A stretch of 64,000 bases of DNA from Elusimicrobia bacterium RIFOXYD2_FULL_34_15 (GTDB lineage Bacteria; Elusimicrobiota; UBA8919): assembly GCA_001800605.1 (NCBI GenBank), contig MGVS01000118.1, forward strand, positions 3,047-67,046. The letters run 5' to 3'. Both the position numbers and the translations under genes were made by a program. The notes under the pieces are model-generated. The model was not told the origin of the DNA. It saw only the letters and a list, made by a program, of their open reading frames with translations, and ran no database searches. This document shows, piece after piece, positions 57,395-64,000 of the stretch (positions are counted from its first letter, which is position 1; every line of letters starts with the position of its first letter).

Positions 57395-58507
57395 TTATAT
57401 CGGTAATGTAAATATAAATTTCGAACCCTTTGCTAAACCCTCAGATTCTACCCAAATTTTTCCATTATGAAGTTCAATAATCTTATGGCATATTGATAAT
57501 CCCAAACCAAATCCTCCTGATTCTCTTGTCAGAGATTGATCAACCCTATAGAATTTTTCAAATATTTTATCCAAATTTTCCTTAGCAATTCCAACGCCGG
57601 TATCTTCAACAACACATCTTATTTCATCTCCTACTTTATCAAAAACAATTGAAACTTTTCCATTTTCCTGCGTATACTTAATTGAATTTGACAGCAAATT
57701 TGTAATAACTCTTTTTATATATTCATAATCGCAATTTATATTTTCAGAACAAATTTTTTGTGTAATTTCTATTTTCTTTGTTTCCGCCAATGGTTTAATC
57801 TCATCTATAACTTCTTGTACTAACTTTTTTATTGGTATATTTTCTTTTTTTAGCTCAATAAATCCTGCTTCCATTTTTGTAAAATCAAGAAGATTATTGA
57901 CAAGCTCTTTCATTTTTTTAGTTTGTCGGCCTATTATTGAAAGAAGTTTATGCATATCCTTATCAATTTGACGTCTGAATCCACCCCTCTTTTCATCTTC
58001 TACTTTCTCTCTTTCATAAAGAATTTCAATAGCGCCGGAAATTGCAGTAAGCGGTGTTCGTAGTTCATGAGAAACTGTTGACATAAACTCATCTTTTAAT
58101 TTTTCCAGTTCTTTCATACTTACAAGCTGTGCCTTGAGTTCTATTACTCTGATTGCTTTTTCAATCGTTGCAAAAAGCTCCGCTATCTCAAATGGTTTTA
58201 TTAAATATTCAATTGCTCCTTTTCTGAGACATTCTAATGCCGTTTCAAGTGTTGCATTTGCAGTCATAATAATTACTTCTACCTTAGAATAATTTTTTTT
58301 GATTATTTCCAGAAGTTCCATACCATCCATCCCGGGCATTTTAAGGTCAAGCAGTACAATGTCGAAATTATTCTTTTTCAGAATATTTTCTGCTTCTAAT
58401 GGTTCATTCGTTACCTTAACAAAATAATTATTTTTTTGAAATGCCTTTTCAATAAATCTTAAAATTTCAATTTCATCATCCACAACAAGAATTTTTTTCT
58501 GTTCCAT
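57395..58507 (-). CDS. Hybrid REC-HisKA-HATPase histidine kinase.
   Basis: ILVVDDE...LLDLKMPGMDG; H-box SHELRTPLTAI; G-boxes DTGVGI and GGFGLGLSI. Confidence 0.9.
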   Translation of the reverse strand: MEQKKILVVDDEIEILRFIEKAFQKNNYFVKVTNEPLEAENILKKNNFDIVLLDLKMPGMDGMELLEIIKKNYSKVEVIIMTANATLETALECLRKGAIEYLIKPFEIAELFATIEKAIRVIELKAQLVSMKELEKLKDEFMSTVSHELRTPLTAISGAIEILYEREKVEDEKRGGFRRQIDKDMHKLLSIIGRQTKKMKELVNNLLDFTKMEAGFIELKKENIPIKKLVQEVIDEIKPLAETKKIEITQKICSENINCDYEYIKRVITNLLSNSIKYTQENGKVSIVFDKVGDEIRCVVEDTGVGIAKENLDKIFEKFYRVDQSLTRESGGFGLGLSICHKIIELHNGKIWVESEGLAKGSKFIFTLPI

Positions 58508-58533
58508 ATAATTCTCCTTATTCTACCTTTTTA

Positions 58534-60090
58534 CTATAAAGTAGAAGTTATCGGAAGTTTAATAATAAACTCTGCCCCTTTTCCTTCACCTTCAGATTGA
58601 ACCGATATTTCTCCGTTGTGTTGTTTTATTATGCCAAATGAAACGGAAAGTCCGAGCCCTGTTCCATTTTTATGAGTTGTAAAAAATGGTTCAAAGATTC
58701 TTTTCACATTTTCTTTGGAAATCCCAATACCTGTATCTTTAAAAGATATCGTGATACTCTTCTTTTCGTTGGGCATTATAGCAGTAGTAACTGTAATTAT
58801 TCCGCCATTCGGCATCGCATGTTGTGCATTGATAATAAGATTTAAAAATATTTGCTCTATATGTGACGGTGACAATTTTATATTTGGTAAATTTTTTTGG
58901 TAATTTCTAATAACTTCTATATTTTTAAATTTTAATTGTTTACCATATAATAAAAATGTTTTATCTATAATATTATTAATATCCACAACAGCAAATTTCA
59001 TTTCTTTTTGCCTAGAAAAATCTAAAAGATTGTCTATAATATTCTTTGTACGAAGTGATGCATCTTTAATCGCCAGCAGTTCTTCGGATTTATTATCCAT
59101 AAGCAATAAATCAACATTGCCCAAAATTGCCTGCAAAGGATTCCCTATTTCATGCGCCAAACCGGAAGCGAGTTCACCGATAGAAGCAAGTTTTGCCTGA
59201 CGAATATATTGTTCTTGAACCATCTCGATTTTCTTGTATAAGTTTGCATTTTCAAGAGATAGGGTTACTAGCGAAACAAAGATATTAGCTTTATGTAAAT
59301 CGTTTTCTGTAAAATGTTCCGGTATGTTTTTTCTATTTATATTAAGTACTCCTAACAAACCCGCTTTTCCTTTCAACGGCAGAACAAGAGATGATTTTAT
59401 ATCTTCTCTCGGTTCTATACCTTTAAATCTTTCATCATTCTTTAAGCCATCAATTAGAAGAATGGGTTGTTCTTTTTTTGCTACCCAGCCTGCAACACGT
59501 TCCCCGACAGTCAATCTTGTCTGCTTCTGAATTTCTTCACTTAACCCATATGAAACGGCAATAAATAATTTTCCATTATCATCAAATAACATTAAGGAAG
59601 CATCGTCTGCGATGAGTACTTTCATTGTTGAATCAATAATAACCTTTAAGAGTTCTTCTAACTTTATTGTAGAAAAAACTGCCTTACTTAATTCATACAA
59701 TACTATTGTCTCTTTAAATTGGGATTTTTCCAGTGCTTTTTCTATTACAATGACAACTTCGTCAATATTAAATGGCTTATTAACATAATCAAAAGCACCT
59801 TTTCTTAAACTTTCAATAACCGTTTCCATTGTTCCATATCCTGTTGCCATAATTACTTCTATTTCAGGATTTATTTTTTTAATCTCACCAAGAACTGTCA
59901 CACCATCCATCCCGGGCATCTTTATATCACTAATTACTACATCAAATTTTTTTTCTGTTACTTTTTTAATACCTTCTTTTCCATTCATCGCTGCAATTAT
60001 TTCGTACCCTTGCTGGGATAATGCGTAAGAAAGCATTTCTCTTATTCCTTGCTCATCATCAATTACCAGTATTTTTGCTTTAGTTTTCAT
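58534..60090 (-). CDS. Hybrid REC-GAF-HisKA-HATPase histidine kinase.
   Basis: ILVIDDEQGIR...SDIKMPGMDG; a GAF region; H-box AHEIGNPLQAI; DTGIGI and GTGLGLSVS. Confidence 0.9.
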   Translation of the reverse strand: MKTKAKILVIDDEQGIREMLSYALSQQGYEIIAAMNGKEGIKKVTEKKFDVVISDIKMPGMDGVTVLGEIKKINPEIEVIMATGYGTMETVIESLRKGAFDYVNKPFNIDEVVIVIEKALEKSQFKETIVLYELSKAVFSTIKLEELLKVIIDSTMKVLIADDASLMLFDDNGKLFIAVSYGLSEEIQKQTRLTVGERVAGWVAKKEQPILLIDGLKNDERFKGIEPREDIKSSLVLPLKGKAGLLGVLNINRKNIPEHFTENDLHKANIFVSLVTLSLENANLYKKIEMVQEQYIRQAKLASIGELASGLAHEIGNPLQAILGNVDLLLMDNKSEELLAIKDASLRTKNIIDNLLDFSRQKEMKFAVVDINNIIDKTFLLYGKQLKFKNIEVIRNYQKNLPNIKLSPSHIEQIFLNLIINAQHAMPNGGIITVTTAIMPNEKKSITISFKDTGIGISKENVKRIFEPFFTTHKNGTGLGLSVSFGIIKQHNGEISVQSEGEGKGAEFIIKLPITSTL

Positions 60091-60105
60091 ATTAATTCCC
60101 CTTTA

Positions 60106-60228
60106 CCCCGTACGAGATAGGAAGCATTTCCTAATGCTTCCGTGGTAATTTTAATATTTTTGTACAACTGATTATATTCTTTATTCATTAACATGTATGT
60201 ATAGCATACTAACTAATCTCTAATGGGG
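60106..60228. mobile_element. MITE-like element, copy d (123 nt). Its right end supplies the last two codons and the stop of gene 60220-60600.
   Basis: Ends CCCCGTACGAGA...TCTCTAATGGGG. Hairpin ggaagcatt-tcct-aatgcttcc. Preceded by TTTA. Confidence 0.75.
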
Positions 60229-60600
60229 GTTCTCTAATGCTTTATTTATTATATCCAGTATTTCATTTACGTCCATTGGTTTATATATACAAGTATAGGC
60301 ACCAAGTTCCTTTGCTTTTGATTCAAATAAATGATTTGGATCCGAACTGCTGCTAAAAATTATCACAACATGTGTAGGTTTCATTTCTTTAATAATTTTT
60401 AATACTTCGGGACCCTGCATCTTGGGCATATGGACATCAAGAAAAATAATATCAAACTCACTCTTTTTTACCATCTCAATACCTTCCAACCCATCACATG
60501 CGGCAAAAACCTGATAACCCAATGGCTCTAACAAAAACTTAAATAAGTCCCTTATTCCTTGCTCATCATCAATCACTAGTATTTTTGCTTTAGTTTTCAT
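60220..60600 (-). CDS. Stand-alone CheY-like response regulator.
   Basis: MKTKAKILVIDDEQGIR...IFLDVHMPKMQG. Its first 50 nt are 48/50 identical to the start of gene 58534-60090. Confidence 0.9.
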   Translation of the reverse strand: MKTKAKILVIDDEQGIRDLFKFLLEPLGYQVFAACDGLEGIEMVKKSEFDIIFLDVHMPKMQGPEVLKIIKEMKPTHVVIIFSSSSDPNHLFESKAKELGAYTCIYKPMDVNEILDIINKALENPH

Positions 60601-62872
60601 AGTTATCTACTCCCACCGGCAATTTTATTATAAACGTCGTACCTTTTCCGATTTCCTTGCCCTCCGTAGCTTTATTGTCCGCCAACGGTGTAGTGGCGGA
60701 AGCGAAGGCGGGACTTTCCACTTCTATTGTGCCATTGTGTTTCTGTATTATCTCATAACTTAAACTTAACCCTAATCCCGTTCCTTTACCCACTTCCTTT
60801 GTTGTAAAATATGGTTCAAATATTTTGCTTTTTATTTCATTAGGAATACCTTCCCCGGTATCTGATATCCTAATTATTATATAATTTATATACCTATTGT
60901 CTATTTCAATATTACTACTTATCTTTATCTCTCCGCCTTTAGGCATAGCATCCATTGCATTGTTACATAGATTTACTATAACTTGTTGTATTTGATTACT
61001 GTTTACCATAATCATAGGTAATCCCTCACTATACTTTTTGATAATTTCTACTTTTTTTAATTTTGCTTGTGCCTCAATCAATGATATTGTTCCATCTATT
61101 ACAATATTTATATTTACTAGTTCCACCTTAGATTTCTCCTTTCTTGAAAATACTAATAAATCATTTATTAAATTTTTACACCTTACTGCCTCTCGTTCTA
61201 TTGATTTTAACGGCATATATAACAAATCCCCTTCCTTTATATTCTTAACTACACTTTGAGCAAAACCTAATATTACCCCCATTGGATTATTTATTTCATG
61301 TGCCACCCCGCCTGCTAACTGTCCTACTGCTGCCATCTTTTCGATCTGTAAAAATTGAGCTTGTAGCTTCTCTTTTTCTTGTTCCATATATTTACGATTA
61401 ATAATACTCGCTAAAACATTTGCTATAGAATTAAGAAATCTTTCTGCCTCTACATTACGAGAACTTCCGGCTTTTATATATATATTTATTACACCTAAAA
61501 CCTTATCCATAAAGGTTATTGGAACACAGTAATGACCATGTTTGACCATATTTTCATATCTGGTAGTATGCCTTTCGTCAAGACAATCAGTAAATTGTAT
61601 TTCTTTTTTTAATGCTGCCAAACCGCAAAGACATTTACCGAAATTAATCTTTGAACATGCTAAACAAATAGGTTCTCCTACATTTTTCTGAGCTTTCATC
61701 ACTAAAATTGATGGTTCTTCTGTAATAAATATTGCTCCTTTTGATTCAAAAGAAAGCCATGGAATATCAAGAATACTATCCAATGTTTTCTCAAGGATTT
61801 TATTTAGTGAAACATTTTCTACCTGAAGCTTTAAAAGTGTGTTTAAAACATATTGAATATCATAATTTTGTTGTATTTCTTGCTCTGCATGTTTAATTTC
61901 AGACATATCTTTTGCCATTAAAACAATATTACCATTATTACCCTTGATAACCGATATACTTAACATCATCGGAATTATATCTCCGATTTTAGAAAAATAA
62001 TTAATTTCAAAATTATTAATAAACCTATTTATATTCAGTTCTTTTATTTTTTCTTTCCCCAAAAGAGAACTTGCAAATAGTAAAAAATCGCTTTTTTCTT
62101 CTTTTTGAGTTACTCTAAAAACTATTTCTATATGTTTCCCTATAATCTCATCTTCTCTATATCCTAATAAATTTAAAGTTGCTTTGTTTACTTTCTCTAT
62201 TATTCCTTCCGGATTTACTATAATTAAACTGTCTATCATACTATTAATTATGTTATCTGAAAATTCTTTCGCTACAGTGATTTGGTTTTTGGCAATCAAT
62301 AGTTCTTTGTTTTGAGATTCTATTCTCTTATAAACCTGGTCAACTTCTAATTCTATCGCTGATTTTAAAGTAATATCCTGAATGAATAAAGTAGCACCCA
62401 ATATCTTATTTTGATTATCTTTTAACGATCCGGCAATTACATTTAATCTAACTTTAGATTCTTCTAATTCTACTTCTTTAACGGTTACTTCCTGTTCTTG
62501 GTTAAGAACTGAGTCTACTATTTCTTTTAATCCCATTTCATCTAAAACCTGATATATTTTATTATCATCGGACAAATCTTTCCCTTTTAATAATAAAAAT
62601 TTCTTGGCAGATGTATTTAACGAAATAATCTTTCCATTACTATCAAAAGATATTTTACCGCCACCTATTGTTTCTAATGTTTCATCGTTCCTTATAAACT
62701 TTTTCAATTTCGGAAGAACTTCTTCATTTATTATTATTCTCATCTGACTTGGTGTTACTTCATAAGGATTTGCGCCAAGTTTTTCTAACCCCATATCGAC
62801 GATTGCTTTGGCAAACATCGGCGTAATCAAAGCAATTTTGGATACTACGCTATCGTATAAGTCTTTTCCCAT
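60590..62872 (-). CDS. Sensor histidine kinase (PAS, Cys-rich GAF-like domain, HisKA, HATPase) with a repeat-derived insertion in the ATPase domain.
   Basis: H-box AHEINNPMGVI; DTGEGI; GTGLGLSLS. The C-terminus reads IEVES[PAFASATTPLADNKATEGK]EIGKGTTFIIKLPV. Confidence 0.9.
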   Translation of the reverse strand: MGKDLYDSVVSKIALITPMFAKAIVDMGLEKLGANPYEVTPSQMRIIINEEVLPKLKKFIRNDETLETIGGGKISFDSNGKIISLNTSAKKFLLLKGKDLSDDNKIYQVLDEMGLKEIVDSVLNQEQEVTVKEVELEESKVRLNVIAGSLKDNQNKILGATLFIQDITLKSAIELEVDQVYKRIESQNKELLIAKNQITVAKEFSDNIINSMIDSLIIVNPEGIIEKVNKATLNLLGYREDEIIGKHIEIVFRVTQKEEKSDFLLFASSLLGKEKIKELNINRFINNFEINYFSKIGDIIPMMLSISVIKGNNGNIVLMAKDMSEIKHAEQEIQQNYDIQYVLNTLLKLQVENVSLNKILEKTLDSILDIPWLSFESKGAIFITEEPSILVMKAQKNVGEPICLACSKINFGKCLCGLAALKKEIQFTDCLDERHTTRYENMVKHGHYCVPITFMDKVLGVINIYIKAGSSRNVEAERFLNSIANVLASIINRKYMEQEKEKLQAQFLQIEKMAAVGQLAGGVAHEINNPMGVILGFAQSVVKNIKEGDLLYMPLKSIEREAVRCKNLINDLLVFSRKEKSKVELVNINIVIDGTISLIEAQAKLKKVEIIKKYSEGLPMIMVNSNQIQQVIVNLCNNAMDAMPKGGEIKISSNIEIDNRYINYIIIRISDTGEGIPNEIKSKIFEPYFTTKEVGKGTGLGLSLSYEIIQKHNGTIEVESPAFASATTPLADNKATEGKEIGKGTTFIIKLPVGVDNYEN
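60661..60715. repeat. GC-rich CCGCC/GGCGG palindromic module inserted in frame in the kinase gene.
   Basis: ttgtccgccaacggtgtagtggcggaagcgaaggcggg aligns with the intergenic ttgtccgccaaagtttcagtggcggaagtggcggg (46036-46070) and with 22684-22729. Confidence 0.8.
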
Positions 62873-62958
62873 AAAACACTCCCATTTAAGCCATGTTTTA
62901 GCAGAGTTATGGCTCTGCAGCTATCTGCCCCGATACACATTAGGCGAGGCCACAATCA

Positions 62959-63642
62959 TTATTTAGGAAATAACTCCGGATGTTTATCTTTATATTCTTT
63001 TATATAACCTTCGATTTTATTTGGTTGCCCCATAATAAAACGACAATATTTATCACCTTTAGCCCGGCAAAGAATCTCCTTTGCTATAAGATTAATACCA
63101 AAACTAATCTCACACCATCCGGATGAATAACCGGAATTCATAAAACAAACACAAGAATTAGTAACTTTATTCATACTAATCCAAGAATCAGCTTCAAATG
63201 ATTGTGGATGATCATAAATTAAATAATAATTCTCATCAGGCGATGGTTTGCTTTCTTCAAATATATCAACGTAAGCCCAACCTGTATAGGCGAAGTGAAT
63301 AGGCCCTGTTGAAAGTTTAGCTATAGGATCTTTAACGTTCATTGCTTTGTGAAATGCTTTAGCATCAGCTATTCCTAAAGCATGAGATATATCAAAGAGT
63401 ATACTTCCCGATGCTCTATATGCATCAGTTTCTTCTAGACCGGGATATAATGTCTTAATAAACTCTAAAAAATTTACTGACATTGAAGCAGCTCTCACCA
63501 AGATATATCTCTCTCCACCGATTGTAATAATTCCTTTTGTGGGGTCTTCAACTCTTTTACTAAAATACTCTTTTACGTATTCCTGGGCTTTTTCAAAAAG
63601 CGGTTCCATTGCCCTCGGTACTTTTACTGTAGAAATACTCAT
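62959..63642 (-). CDS. V4R (4-vinyl-reductase / XylR-N-like) domain protein, a putative small-molecule sensor.
   Basis: The C-terminal pattern GYSSGWCEISFGINLIAKEILCRAKGDKYCRFIM is typical of V4R (E..C...G...C.F). Confidence 0.6.
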   Translation of the reverse strand: MSISTVKVPRAMEPLFEKAQEYVKEYFSKRVEDPTKGIITIGGERYILVRAASMSVNFLEFIKTLYPGLEETDAYRASGSILFDISHALGIADAKAFHKAMNVKDPIAKLSTGPIHFAYTGWAYVDIFEESKPSPDENYYLIYDHPQSFEADSWISMNKVTNSCVCFMNSGYSSGWCEISFGINLIAKEILCRAKGDKYCRFIMGQPNKIEGYIKEYKDKHPELFPK

Positions 63643-63668
63643 TTTTTTATCCTCCTTTTTTTATTCGT

Positions 63669-63689
63669 AATGTCAAAAATCTTTTGACA
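63669..63689. promoter_or_regulatory. Perfect 9-bp inverted repeat ATGTCAAAA-ATC-TTTTGACAT upstream of the V4R gene (operator candidate).
   Basis: It lies 27 nt upstream of ATG 63642. It presents TTGACA on both strands. Confidence 0.4.
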
Positions 63690-63771
63690 TTTTTGTTTTT
63701 TATTTATATAATTTATTGACGATAGAATAATTAACAAATTTCTGCGTCGTCGGATACTTCCCTATTTTGAA

Positions 63772-63879
63772 GTCATTGCGAACGACCAAAGGGAGTGTGG
63801 CAATCCCGATGAGATTACTTCGTCGCCCCTCATTTACAATCGGGACTCCCTGCCTACCGATAGGCAGGCTCGTAATGAC
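63772..63879. repeat. GTCATTGCGA...CTCGTAATGAC hairpin element with a nested cctgcctaccgataggcagg module.
   Basis: Third member of the family seen at 11035 and 52763. Confidence 0.8.
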
Positions 63880-64000
63880 AGCTCATTTATCACGTTTATA
63901 CTAAATACTTAAAAAATTCATCATTTTTATCATTTTCTTCCTTTCATATTCTTTCATAACATTTTTGACAGTACCTTTTTATTTAATTGGCAATTTTATT

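Noticed and set aside
60106-60228. An outward-facing promoter inside the MITE (conserved acatacatgtta core followed by a TATAAT/TAAAAT-like hexamer on the minus strand).
   Set aside because: The -35-like hexamers are poor (ATACAT/CATACA) and the spacing differs between copies. TATAAT-like strings are expected by chance in this AT-rich DNA.
1-64000. tRNA, rRNA, riboswitch (including c-di-GMP GEMM), group II intron/retron/DGR, integrase or transposase genes.
   Set aside because: I found no cloverleaf-compatible sequence with a GGTTCGAATCC-type T-arm, no rRNA-like segment, no recognisable riboswitch core, and no reverse transcriptase, integrase or transposase ORF. By-eye search has limited sensitivity for structured RNAs.
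63979-64000. Possible 3' end of another minus-strand histidine kinase (...IKLPIK*).
   Set aside because: Only six codons plus a stop lie inside the window. This is suggestive, because it resembles the FIIKLPI endings of the other kinases, but it is too short to support a feature.

Overview
Low-GC (by eye about one-third G+C) chromosomal segment from a diderm bacterium (TolC, RND, OM beta-barrels, signal peptidase I), probably an uncultivated lineage. No rRNA, tRNA or CRISPR array was seen. I call 44 protein-coding genes. One is a >2,242-aa secreted esterase/FN3 protein (1-6726, minus strand) that is absent from the supplied ORF track because it runs off the left edge. Content by region: (i) ECF sigma, two ZAS anti-sigma genes and the giant surface protein; (ii) comEC, nadK, recN and two GGDEF cyclases on the plus strand; (iii) a 47-kb run of minus-strand genes. 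That run holds an HD-GYP/K+ channel pair, a PorV-like barrel with two BNR-propeller proteins carrying a FlgD-Ig/T9SS-type C-terminal domain, and a TetR-controlled double efflux array (RND and MacB). It also holds a HEPN-MNT toxin-antitoxin cassette, a GT2 / B12-radical-SAM / methyltransferase / GT-C cluster, hemW, stomatin-NfeD and lepB. It ends with a second PorV-like barrel fused to coiled-coil/TPR beside a Kelch-FN3 cargo protein, and a V4R plus multi-kinase phosphorelay. The most unusual signal is non-genic. Almost every intergenic spacer is assembled from a small vocabulary of palindromic modules with visible empty and filled nested sites. There is a ~120-nt MITE-like family. The same modules also sit in frame inside genes (a histidine-kinase ATPase domain, signal-peptide regions) or supply stop codons. 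All functional calls rest on motif recognition by eye; no database search was possible.
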